This document shows positions 39,215 to 49,778 of a stretch of DNA of 64,000 nt, piece by piece (position 1 is the stretch's first letter; every line of letters starts with the position of its first letter). The stretch is from positions 512,001 through 576,000 of the forward strand of contig CAWJSJ010000002.1 of assembly GCA_963845565.1 (NCBI GenBank). Reading direction: 5' to 3'. The position numbers were made by a program, and so were the translations under genes. The notes beneath the pieces are model-generated. The model made no database searches and was not told the DNA's origin. It saw only the letters and a program-made list of their open reading frames with translations. Source of the stretch: an uncultured Methylomirabilota bacterium (lineage in GTDB: Bacteria; Methylomirabilota; Methylomirabilia; Methylomirabilales; 2-02-FULL-66-22).

Positions 39215-40706
39215 TTACCGGTCAATCCCGCCGAGGCAGACGTATTTGACCTCGAGGAACTCCTCGATGCCGTACTTCGACCCCTCGCGGCCGATGCCGG
39301 ACTGCTTCACGCCCCCGAAGGGCGCCACCTCGGTCGAGAACACGCCGGTGTTGACGGCCACGATCCCCGCCTCCAGCCCCTCCGCCACGCGGAAGATCCG
39401 GCCGATGTCGCGCGAGTAGAAGTAGGCCGCCAGCCCCAGGTCGGTGCGATTGGCCAGCGCGAGCGCCTCGGCGTCGGTGTGAAATCGCACCAGGGGCGCC
39501 ACCGGCCCAAACGTCTCCTCCTGGAAGACGCGCATGTCGGGTTCGACCTCGCGGAGCACGGTGGGTTCGAAGAACTGGCCGCCCAGCGCGTGGCGCCGTC
39601 CGCCGACCACCACGGCCGCGCCCTTGATGAGCGCATCGGTGATGTGCGCCTCGACCTTGGCGACGGCGGCCAGATCGATGAGGGGACCCACCTGGACCCC
39701 CGGCTCCGTGCCGGGCCCGACCTTCAAGCGCCCGCACGCGCTCCGCGAACTTCCGCGCGAACACGTCGAAGATCCCATCCTGCACCAAGATGCGATTGGC
39801 GCAGACGCAGGTCTGGCCGGTGTTGCGGAACTTGGAGGCCAGCGCCCCCTCGACGGCCTGCTCGACGTCGGCGTCGTCGAAGACGAGGAAGGCGGCGTTC
39901 CCTCCCAGTTCGAGCGAGATCTTCTTGATCGTCTCGGCGCTCTGGCGCATCAGGATCCGCCCCACCTCGGTGGAGCCCGTGAAGGTGATCTTGCGAACCT
40001 GCCGGCTCTCGGTGAGCGTTCCCCCGATCTCGGCGGCCGAGCCGGTCACCACGTTGAAGACCCCATTCGGCACGCCGGCCTCGTGGGCCAGGGCCGCCAA
40101 GGCCAGGGCCGAGAATGGCGTCTGCGACGCCGGCTTCAAGACCATCGTACAGCCCGCGGCGAGGGCGGGGCCCGCCTTGCGGGTCACCATCGCCGACGGG
40201 AAGTTCCAGGGCGTGATGGCCCCGCACACCCCCACCGGTTGCTTGAGGACCAGGATGCGCTTGTCGGCCTGGTGCGGTGGGATCACATCGCCATAGACCC
40301 GCTTGGCCTCCTCGGCGAACCACTCCAGGAACGCCGCACCGAACGCGACCTCGGCCTTCGCCTCGGCGAGCGGTTTCCCCTGCTCCGTCGTCATGAGCAC
40401 GGCCAGGTCGTCCTGATTCGCCAGGATCAACTCATACCAGCGGCGCAGGATCGCGGCGCGCTCCTTCGCGGTCTTGGCCCGCCACGCAGGCATGGCCTTG
40501 CTGGCGGCCTCGATGGCCCGGCGGGTCTCGCTCGCCCCCATCTGGGGCACCGTACCGACGAGGGCGCCCGTCGCGGGGTTGCACACCCGAATCGTGGCGC
40601 CGCTCTCCGCGTCGCACCACTGGCCGTCCAGGAATGCCTGCTGACGAAACAGCGAGGCGTTCTTCAGGTGCCGCGTATCTTGGTGGGTCTCCATTAACCC
40701 GATCAT
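39215..40706 (-). CDS. gabD: NAD(P)-dependent succinate-semialdehyde dehydrogenase, frameshift near 39726
   Basis: [32 protein letters not shown]-terminal [21 protein letters not shown] in second frame. Confidence 0.9.
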
Positions 40707-41134
40707 GGGCCGTTCCTCCTATGGGTTCTTCCGCGGGTCCTCCCGGGGTCCCGCGGGTGTTTGTTCGACCGCGCACGACCGTGCGCACCGCTCGTACACG
40801 TCTAGTTCAAGACATTAAGCGGAGGAAGTCAATCCGGTATGGATCGCAGCCGCACGCCTCCGGGACGATCAGCCCGCATAACGGCCCGGGAGGGTACCGG
40901 AGTCGAGACCGAGCGAGCGGCGACGCGGCGCAAGGAGTCCCGGGGTTCTTGCTCCGTTGGAGGGCCGGGGGGCGGACCCATAATGGAGCGAACCATCCAA
41001 TCTGCCACGGGCACGCAGTGGAAGGTGATCGGCAATGGTTAGAGCACAGGGGGAACGGACTGCCATTGAGCAAAACGCCAATCGAGAGTATGTGGGATCT
41101 ATAACCATCGACGCAGTAGGGAGCTACTTCTCTG

Positions 41135-41240
41135 TAAACAACCGTCCGGTGGTTTTCGGGGGAGACGGTTGTTTATGGGTGATTTCGTACAGGTAGCAGG
41201 ATCTGTCTCGGAAGCGGAAACGCGGGTTCGAATCCCCAGC
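41135..41240 (+). other. 12-bp hairpin plus tRNA T-arm-like remnant
   Basis: TAAACAACCGTC…GACGGTTGTTTA; GCGGAAACGCGGGTTCGAATCCCC. Confidence 0.35.
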
Positions 41241-41532
41241 AGGATTCGATGGCCTTTGGAAGGTCGAGATTCCAGGAAGCGTGAGCAGTGCTCGCCCACA
41301 AACGCCACGAGGGCCGAGGTGATGCCCTCGACGTTCGCGATGCGCTCCCATAGTGACCGCTGCTAGCCGCGCCTGTCTGCAATCTGGGGATTGACGCTTA
41401 CCGTTATACAACTTGCGCACCGTACCGCGGGACGACGACGTGGCTGGGGACGGGAGCTTCGCAGGAACGCGCGGTATGCGTTTTCGGGATCGACAGGTCC
41501 ATGGGCGGCGCTGCTCTGACTCCATGCCCGCG

Positions 41533-42671
41533 TCAGTTCTCAAGGAGAAAGCGGGCCGGGTCCTCGATCAACTCCTTGACGCGGACGAGGAACTGCACCG
41601 CCTCCCGACCGTCCACGATCCGGTGGTCGTAGCTCAACGCCACGTACATCATGGGCCGGACCACGACCTGGCCGCCCCGGACCACGGGCCGCGCCTCGAT
41701 CTTGTGGAGGCCCAGGATGCCCACCTGAGGCGAGTTCAGGATCGGGGTACTGAGCAGGGAGCCGAAGACCCCCCCGTTGGTGATGGTGAAGGTCCCGCCC
41801 CGTAGGTCGGCCAAGGTGAGGGTCTGATCCGCGGTCTTCTGGGCGAGGGCCGTCACGGCCCGCTCGATCTCGATCAGGCCCAGCCGGTCGGCGTCCCGGA
41901 TCACCGGGACCACCAGCCCTTCCTCGGCCCCCACGGCCACCCCGATGTCGTAGTAGTGCTTCAGCACCATCTCCTCCCCCTGGATCTCGGCGTTGAGCCG
42001 GGGGAAGGCTTTGAGGGCACCGACGGCCGCCTTGATGAAAAAGGCGGTGAGCCCCGGGAAGAGGCCGTGGCGTGCCAGGGTGACCTCGCGCAGCCGGGTT
42101 CGGAGCTCCTGGAGGGAGCCCATGTCCACCTCGTTGAAGGTCGTGAGCATGGCGGCGGTTCGAAGGGACTCGACCAGGCGGCGGGCGATGGTCTGCCGGC
42201 GCCGGGACATGGGCACCCGCTCCTCGCCGCGGGCGTCGGTGGGGGATCGCGGGGCGGGCGTCTCGGCAGGAAGCGGCGGGGACAGGCGCGGGAATGATCG
42301 CCGACGCTTCCAGGATCCTCGGCTCCGCTAGGGGAGGGCGGCCCTGCGACCTTCGCGGCGGGCGGGGCCGCAGGCCTCGTCTCGCCGGTCTTGCCCGCCG
42401 GGGCGGCCGTCTCGGCCGCGGGCGAAACGGGAGCCGCGGCTTCCGCGATCGTGCCCAGGACGTCCCCTGGGCGGACCTCTGCACCGGCTGGTTTGGCGAT
42501 GGCCAGGATGCCGGCCGCCTCGGCGGCGACCTCCAGGTTGACCTTCTCGGTCTCCAGCTCCACGACGGCTTCGCCCGCCGCCACGGTCTCCCCGTCGTCC
42601 TTCAGCCAGCGGGCCACGATGGCGCTGACGACCGATTCCCCCATCTCCGGCACGATGATGCGCGTGGGCAT
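41533..42671 (-). CDS. sucB: Dihydrolipoyl succinyltransferase E2, frameshift(s) in Pro/Ala linker
   Basis: Lipoyl domain [11 protein letters not shown]; catalytic [25 protein letters not shown]. Confidence 0.88.
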
Positions 42672-42686
42672 GCGGCTCTCCTCGCG

Positions 42687-45493
42687 TTAGCGGCGGCGGG
42701 TCGGCTTCCGGGCCGCCTCGGCGGCCGGCTCCAGTGCAAAGGCGGCGGCCACGAGCGCCTGCTGGGTGGCGGCGTGCCGGCTGGCGGAGCCCTCGGCGGG
42801 GCTGCTGCTGGCCGGCCGGGCGACGACCTGAAGGGTGACCCCCCCCTGGCAGAGGCGGGCGAGCTGGGGCTGGACCCAGGTCCAGGCTCCCATGTTCTCT
42901 GGCTCCTCCTGGACCCAGACCAATCGCCGGAGGCGTGGGTAGGCGTCGACGCAGGCCTGCACCTCCTCGGCGGGGAAGGGGGCGACCTGCTCCAACCGGG
43001 CCACGGCAACGGTCGCCCGCTCGACCCGCTGCGGGCTCTCCAGGAGGTCGACGGCCACCTTCCCGCTGCAGAGGAGGAGGGTCTCCGCCCGCTCGCGCCG
43101 CGCACCCGGCTCGGGGTCATCAAGGACGGGTCGCCAGCGCCCCTCGGCCAGGTCGCGCAAGGGCGCCGCCGCGCGGGGGTGGCGGAGAAGGCTCTTGGGG
43201 GTGAGGACGACCAAGGGCAGGGGATCGCTGGCCAGCAGGGCGGCCTGGCGGCGCAGGAGGTGGAAGTACTGGGCCGCGGTGGTGCAGTTGACCAGGCGCA
43301 GGTTCAGTTCGGCGCAGAGCTGGAGGAACCGCTCGGGCCTGGCGCTGCTGTGGTCGGGCCCGGCGCCCTCGTGGCCGTGGGGCAGGAGCAGGACCAGGGA
43401 GGGGGTTTGCCCCCACTTGGCACGGGCCGAGACCAGGAACTGATCGATGACAACCTGGGCCCCGTTGGCGAAGTCCCCGTACTGGGCCTCCCAGATCACC
43501 AGCCGCTCGGGGGCCTGCATGCTGTAGCCGTATTCGAAGGCCAGGGCCGCCGCCTCGGAGAGGGGGCTGTTGAAGACGGCGAACGCGGCCCGGGCCTGGG
43601 GTAGGGCCTGCAAGGGCGTGTGGATCTTGCCGGTCTTGGCGTCGTGCAGGACGGCGTGGCGCTGGCCGAAGGTGCCCCGCTCGGTATCCTGGCCGGTCAG
43701 GCGGATGGAGATGCCATCGGCCAGGATGGAGGCCCAGGCCAGCTCCTCCGCGGCGGCCCAGTCGAGGGGGGGCGCGTCCGCCTCCCCCAGGGCCTCCCGC
43801 CGGCGCTGGAGGAGGCGGGCGAGCTTGGGGTGGACCGTGAAGCCCTCGGGCAGCCGCCGTAGCCCCTCACCCAGTTCCCGGAGCCGCTCGGCGGGCACCA
43901 CGGTCCGCACCCTCTTGGCAGCCCCCGGCTGCGGGACGGCGGGACGGGGCTCCGCCAAAGCCGTGGCCGGGTCGAGGGAGGCGACGGCCTCCTCGAGGGC
44001 GGCGACGTACCGTGCCTCGAGGGCCGGAGGGGCGTCCGGGAGGATGACCCCCCGTTCTACCAGGGTGGCCGCCCAACGCTCCCGCACCGTGGGGTGGGCC
44101 TGGATCCGCTCGTACAGGGCCGGCTGGGTGAAGGCCGGCTCATCCCCCTCGCTGTGGCCGTGGCGGCGGTAGCCCACCAGGTCAATCAGGAAGTCCTTGT
44201 GGAAGCGGTGGCGGTAGGCGTGGGCCAGGCGGGCGGCCTGGATGCAGGCCTCCGGGTCGTCAGCGTTGACCTGGACGATGGGGATTTCGAAGCCCTTGGC
44301 CAGGTCGGAGGCGTAGAGGGTGCTTCGCAAGTCGTGGGGCTCGGTGGTGTAGCCGAGCTGGTTGTCGGCGATGACGTGGATGGTTCCGCCGGTGTAGTAA
44401 CCGCAGAGGCGGGACAGGTTCAGGGTCTCGGCCACGATCCCCTGGCCGGGGAAGGCGGCGTCGCCGTGGATCAGGATGGGCAGGGAGACCGCGTGGTCGA
44501 AGCGGGGAACGCCCGGGTGGTCTACCCGGGTGCCCGCGGCCCGCGCCATCCCCTCCACCACCGGGTTGACGAACTCGAGGTGGCTCGGGTTGGGGGGCAT
44601 GGCGATGACCAGATGGACCGCCTCGCCGCCCTCGAGGGCCCGGCGGGCCCCCCGGTGGTACGTGACGTCCCCCATCCAGGTCATGCCCTCGCGCCGGCCA
44701 GGTCCTGGTCGCGGGCCGGATCCTTGAACTCGGCCAGGATCTGTCTCACCGGCCGGTTCAGGACGTGGGCCAGGACGTTCAAGCGCCCCCGGTGGGCCAT
44801 TCCCAAGAGGATGGAGCGGATTCCGGCCTCGGCCGCCTCGCCGATTAACTCGTCGAGGAGGGGGACCAGCATGTCCAGCCCCTCGAGGGAGAAGCGGGTC
44901 TTGCCGGGGAAGGTCCGGTGCAGGAAGCGCTCGAACGCCTCGACCTGGGTCAGGCGCTCGAGGAGAGCCGGCGGGTTGAGGGAGTCCCGAGGGGGGCGGT
45001 AGTGACCGGCCTCGACCGCTTCGCGCAGCCACTCCCGCTCGGTGGCGTCCCAAATGTGCCGAAAGCGGTAGCCCGTTGTGCCGGCGTAAATGGCGAGGAG
45101 GGCCCGGACAGCCTCCCAGGCGTTGGCACAGACATCCGTGCTCGGGCAGCCCACCAGGGAGGCCGGGAGCCGCCGGAGGTCCTCCTCGCTCAGGCCGTGG
45201 GCCGAAGGTTCGAGGGAGGGATCCCCGTGCGGGGGCCGACCCAGGGGGTCCAGACGGGCAGCCAGGTGGCCGTAGCCGCGGATGGCCTGGGCCAGATTGA
45301 CGGCCCCCGCGATCTTGGCTGGCTCCGGGGCCGGTCCGCCGGCGGGCGGCCCGCTGTCCTCGACCGGGACCGCGAGGCGGGCGAAGGCTTCACGGGTGAC
45401 GGGATCCACCGAGTGCGGGTCCCGGCGGTACCGCTCGTACAGCTCGAGAACATAGGCCGCGTTGGGACCATGGAACTCTCGCCAGAGGTCCAT
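42687..45493 (-). CDS. sucA: 2-oxoglutarate dehydrogenase E1, frameshift near 44695
   Basis: RFSLEG, GMAHRGRLNVL; NPSHLE, HGDAAFPGQG, WEAQYGDFANGAQ, GPDHSSARPERFLQ. Confidence 0.92.
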
Positions 45494-45949
45494 CGTCGTA
45501 TCCTTCCACGCAGGGGGAACAGCGGGACGCGTCCGGCGCATCCGGGCCCGGAAGCGCTGATCAGGATCCTCGGTCGGAAGTCGCTTCGCGATCCGACCGT
45601 CGGTCCCCCGGAGCCCGTCGGAGCCGCGCCACCCCCGGCTTGCCGTGCGCACCTACCTCGCGTCCGGAGTATCCGATGCGCGATCCGCGGATGTCAAGGC
45701 GAATGGCGGAGCGAGCCCTTCAAGCGGAAACCGGATAGGTTCCTCGGTCAATCGGTCCGCGCGAGATGGACCGCCTGCTGGAAGACGGGCACTGCCGATC
45801 ATCGTGTTTGCCTCGGTGATGGGACTCATGCCATCTATGACTGGGCCGTGATCTTGCTCCATTACACCCCGCGCCCGTACTTCACGACGACGTGGCCCTC
45901 TTGGCGGCGGTTATGCCACGTACAAGTACTTCGACTTCAAACGGCCATC

Positions 45950-46150
45950 GAGCGGTTAGCGCTGGGGCGGGATCGGCGAGCGGATCGTCGGACAATTCCT
46001 GGAGAACCTACGGGCGGACGGGGCCCGCGTCTTTCACGACCTGGTGGGTGAGGGCCTAAATATCGACCATGTGATAGTCTCCTCGCACGGCATTTTCGTC
46101 CTCGAAACGCAATCGTACAGCAAGCCCGGCCGCGGGGACGCCGTGCTGCA
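45950..46150 (+). pseudogene. NERD nuclease-related domain fragment
   Basis: GERIVGQFLENLRADGARVFHDL..EGLNIDHVIVSSHGIFVLET; cut at the RAYT element. Confidence 0.7.
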
Positions 46151-46153
46151 ATA

Positions 46154-47297
46154 TTAGGGGACGTAGGGTACTTATAGTACTTAACATTGACTTCGCCTGC
46201 GTCACCGTGGTACCGTGCCGGCCATGCCTCGTGGTGCGCGCCTCGATGCCCCCGGGGCCCTGCACCACGTGATGGTGCGGGGCATCGAGCGGGGCCTGCT
46301 CTTTCGTGATGACAAGGATTGCGCCGAGTTCGTCGCCCGTCTGGCGCAGGTCGTCCACCGGACCGGGCTCACCGTCCTCGCGTGGGCGCTGCTCCCCAAC
46401 CACCTGCACCTCTTGGTGCGCACGCCGTCGGCCCCGCGCGGGCGCCCGTACAGCCCGGTCCTCCCCACCGCCATGCGACGCCTCCTGACAGGGTATGCCG
46501 GCGCCTTTAACCGGCGCCATAAGCGGGTCGGCCACCTCGTACAGAATCGTTACCGCTCAACCCTGGTGGACGAAGAATCCTATCTCTTGGAGCTCGTGCG
46601 CTACATCCATCTCAATCCGCTGCGGGCGGGCGTGGTGCGCAGCCTCGCGGCCCTCGCCCGGTATCCTTGGAGCGGCCACAGCGCGCTCCTCGGACATGTG
46701 GACCGGCCGTGGCAGACAACTGCGGAGGTCCTGGGCCGCTTCGGGGCCGCGCGGCGAACGGCAGGCCGGCACTACCGTGAGTTTCTCGCGGGCGGCGTAG
46801 CCCAGGGACGACGGCCCGAGTTTCAAGGGGGCGGCTTGCGCCGGAGTGCCGGCGGCTGGCATGAGGTGGCCGCGCTCCGGCGCGGACGCGAGCACTGGGC
46901 AGCAGACGAACGCATCCTGGGATCGGGAGCGTTTGTCGAGACCATACTCCGGGACGCCGGGCCGTCGCCCTCCGCGTGGCCACGTCCGCGCGCTCTGGCT
47001 GTATTGCCGCTGCTGCTCAAGCAGTGTGCTGACCTCTGGGGCGTAGGCCTCGTCGAACTCCAACACGGGAGCCGACGGCGGTGCGTTGTGCAGGCCCGGG
47101 CCGTCGTAGCCAGTCTCGCGGTGCTCCAGTTGGGTTTGCCAGCCGCTCTTGTGGCCCGCGAACTTGCGGTGACGCCAGCAGTGATTCGCCGAGGAGTTGA
47201 AAGGGGGCCCGCCCTGTTGGCGACCCGCCAAATCGATGCAGAGCGCCTTCTTCGCGCGCTCACGAGATAAGTACTATAAGTACCCTACGTCCCCTAA
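46154..47297 (+). mobile_element. HUH (RAYT-like) transposase element with perfect 30-bp terminal inverted repeats
   Basis: TTAGGGGACGTAGGGTACTTATAGTACTTA at 46154-46183 and its exact reverse complement at 47268-47297. Confidence 0.88.
46224..47270 (+). CDS. REP-associated tyrosine transposase-like (Y1/HUH) with C-terminal HTH-like region
   Basis: HHVMVRG, LLPNHLHLL, GHLVQNRY, RYIHLNPLRAG, YPWSGH. Confidence 0.9.
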   Translation: MPRGARLDAPGALHHVMVRGIERGLLFRDDKDCAEFVARLAQVVHRTGLTVLAWALLPNHLHLLVRTPSAPRGRPYSPVLPTAMRRLLTGYAGAFNRRHKRVGHLVQNRYRSTLVDEESYLLELVRYIHLNPLRAGVVRSLAALARYPWSGHSALLGHVDRPWQTTAEVLGRFGAARRTAGRHYREFLAGGVAQGRRPEFQGGGLRRSAGGWHEVAALRRGREHWAADERILGSGAFVETILRDAGPSPSAWPRPRALAVLPLLLKQCADLWGVGLVELQHGSRRRCVVQARAVVASLAVLQLGLPAALVARELAVTPAVIRRGVERGPALLATRQIDAERLLRALTR

Positions 47298-47449
47298 GGC
47301 GTTTTCACGGGCCAATCTACAGCCCACGCTGTCAGCTCGATATGAACCGCAGGTGGGATCAACACCTCACCCATCTTTGCGAGGAGGTCGAGTGCTCTTG
47401 CTTCTCGGAGGTGCAGGACCGGGCCAGTGTCGCAGACAACGAGCCTCAC
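47294..47449 (-). pseudogene. PIN-domain toxin N-terminal fragment (DUF3368-like)
   Basis: VVCDTGPVLHL…LDLL…EVLIPPAV..EL; truncated at RAYT inverted repeat. Confidence 0.75.
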
Positions 47450-47649
47450 GCAGATTGCTCCTTTCGAGACAGGGCCCATTGAATATCTTCTCGCATGAAC
47501 CCTTCCAACAGGTCAGCCCGATTGCGCCGGACGAATTCCAGCAGCGCGGCTCGAATCAGCTCGCCCTCGGAGCCAAACCACCCTGTCCCCACGAGCGCCT
47601 CGACCTCTGCGGCGAGCTTGTCAGGAAGTTCCACTTGAATGGTTTTCAT
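47446..47649 (-). CDS. Ribbon-helix-helix (CopG-like) antitoxin
   Basis: MKTIQVELPDKL…GWFGSEGELIRAAL; GTGA overlap with toxin. Confidence 0.8.
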   Translation of the reverse strand: MKTIQVELPDKLAAEVEALVGTGWFGSEGELIRAALLEFVRRNRADLLEGFMREDIQWALSRKEQSA

Positions 47650-47845
47650 GGTTCGCCTTCCTCCCGGCCGAGCTATTGCCCGGTCACGTCAAGCCTACCC
47701 CGTCTTTTCGCGTTCGTCGAGGGGTTTGATTCACGGAAGGTATACGGGCGCGCGCATCACGAGCTGACACGGCTGACCAGGTGGCGCATCCACGGGCAAA
47801 AGAAAAACGGGCTGGAGGGAGGATCGGATGACTACCCAAAACAAA

Positions 47846-47923
<78 letters not shown>

Positions 47924-48308
47924 CGGAGACATGTGAGCCGAGAGCCTTGAGCCGAAACCAATCCGAAGCGGCTTCTCGCGACAAGGCCCGCCGGTTCCCG
48001 ATGAGGTGGAGAACGAGCGGTAAGGTACTGAAATTGGCCCGGGGTGTCAAGGGAAATGCCTTGTTTTCCGAGGGTCGCCCGCCCCTACGGATGAATCGCG
48101 CCGCGCCGTCAGGATCGGCGGTCCGGTGCGCGGGAGAATATTGGCACCGGAACGCGTTGGGCCGGTCGGGCCGTCGGTTTCTTGACATGCTGCAGGAAGT
48201 CTGTTATTTGCCTGTCTGGTCAGATGGGGCCGAGCGCCCGCCATGGCGACGGGCAGGTCGCATGGAGCGGGGAGGCGGCGCCCTGGTGTCGCGCGCGAAG
48301 GGAGCACC

Positions 48309-49274
48309 GTGCAACGGTCCGAGCGGTTGATCAAGCTGCTGGAGCTTCTGCACGGCCAGCCCGGCATGGATGCCGAGGCGCTGGCCGGGGCCCTCGGCGT
48401 GTCCACACGGACGCTCCAGAGGGACCTGGACGACTTGGGATCGGCTGGGTTTTCGGTGTACTTCGAGCGCGGATACCGGCTTGCCGCCCCGGCGCTGGTG
48501 CCGGCGATCACCCTGACGGTGGATCAGGCCCTGGCGCTCAGCCTGGCGGCGCGATCCGCAGCACCGCGGGCTGAACTGGCGACTGCCCGCGCCCTCGCGG
48601 TCGCCGCGCAGAAGCTCGCGCAGGCCCTGGCGGCCCCGCCGCCCGAGGAGCGACAGCAGCGACAACTGGCCCTGGAGCTTCCGGTGCAGGATCCACGGGT
48701 CGAGGCCTGCACGGCGGCCCTGACAGAGGCGATCGCGGACCAGCGGACCGTTCGGCTGGCCCTGGGTTCGGGATCCGGGGCCCAGGGGGCACCCCGACGG
48801 ATGGACCCCTACCGACTGCTCCCTTCCGCCGACGGCTTCGACCTCCTGGGATACTGCCACGTGCGCCGTCGACTCCTGCGCCTGCCCGTGGCCCGCCTGC
48901 AGTCCGTCTCTGTGCTCCAGCGGCGATTTCGCCCCGTGCCGGCGCGTCTTCTGGAGCGGCATCTGCACGCGGCCCAAGGAGTGGCTCCACAGGTCCAGTG
49001 GATCCGACTCCTCGCTCGTCCGCCTTTGGCCCAGGCGTTGCGGAAGTACCCGCCGGTGGGAACCCTGATGTGGGAGCGCGGGCCGGACGGGACCGTCATT
49101 TTCATGATCGCCGCCCAGCGCCCGGGAGAGTTTCTTCCCTGGATCCTCTCGTGCGGGGATGCGGTCGAGATCCTGGAGCCGAGCGGCTTGCGCCAGGAGG
49201 TCGCGCGGGTCGCCCGGGCCGTTGCGACGCGGTACGCTGCCAAACCGGCCCCCGAGGTGGTAGCGGGGGCGTAG
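48309..49274 (+). CDS. HTH-WYL domain transcriptional regulator (PafB/C-like)
   Basis: LGVSTRTLQRDLDDL, MDPYRL, WILSCGDAVEILEPSGLR. Confidence 0.88.
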   Translation: MQRSERLIKLLELLHGQPGMDAEALAGALGVSTRTLQRDLDDLGSAGFSVYFERGYRLAAPALVPAITLTVDQALALSLAARSAAPRAELATARALAVAAQKLAQALAAPPPEERQQRQLALELPVQDPRVEACTAALTEAIADQRTVRLALGSGSGAQGAPRRMDPYRLLPSADGFDLLGYCHVRRRLLRLPVARLQSVSVLQRRFRPVPARLLERHLHAAQGVAPQVQWIRLLARPPLAQALRKYPPVGTLMWERGPDGTVIFMIAAQRPGEFLPWILSCGDAVEILEPSGLRQEVARVARAVATRYAAKPAPEVVAGA

Positions 49275-49300
49275 CATTTTCGGAGGGAGGAAGAGCCGTC

Positions 49301-49672
49301 GTGCCGATCTACGAGTACCATTGTCAAGACTGCCGGCGCCGCGTGAGCCTCCTGGTTCGCAGCATCAGCAACCCTGGGGTTCCCGTCTGCCCTCGCTGCG
49401 GCGGGACGCACCTCGAGCGCCTGATGTCCCGGTTCACCCGCGTGCGATCCGAAGAGGATCGGATGGACGCCCTGGCCGATCCGGGCGCCCTCGGTGGGCT
49501 GGACGAGAACGACCCCAAGAGCGTGGCGCGCTGGGCCAAGAAGATGGGGAAGGAAATGGGCGAAGACCTCGGCGAGGACTTCGACGAGGTCATGGAGCAG
49601 GCGATGGAAGAGGAGGCCGGCGGCGAGGGCCAACCTCCCGACGCCGGTGGCGGCCCCGACGACGACCTGTAA
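49301..49672 (+). CDS. FmdB family zinc-ribbon protein with acidic tail
   Basis: MPIYEYHCQDC…CPRCGG..LERLMS; RBS GGAGGGAGG. Confidence 0.88.
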   Translation: MPIYEYHCQDCRRRVSLLVRSISNPGVPVCPRCGGTHLERLMSRFTRVRSEEDRMDALADPGALGGLDENDPKSVARWAKKMGKEMGEDLGEDFDEVMEQAMEEEAGGEGQPPDAGGGPDDDL

Positions 49673-49675
49673 GCT

Positions 49676-49768
49676 TGCCGACTCGGGAACTGGGCAACTG
49701 GGCAATCAGGGAGTGCCAGGGCCCCTAGTCGCCAAAGCGCCAACTTGCCGAATTGCCTAATTACCCAA
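49676..49768. repeat. Octamer-period inverted tandem repeat
   Basis: gggaactg ggcaactg ggcaatca … ttgccgaa ttgcctaa ttacccaa. Confidence 0.7.
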
Positions 49769-49778
49769 GGACACCGTC

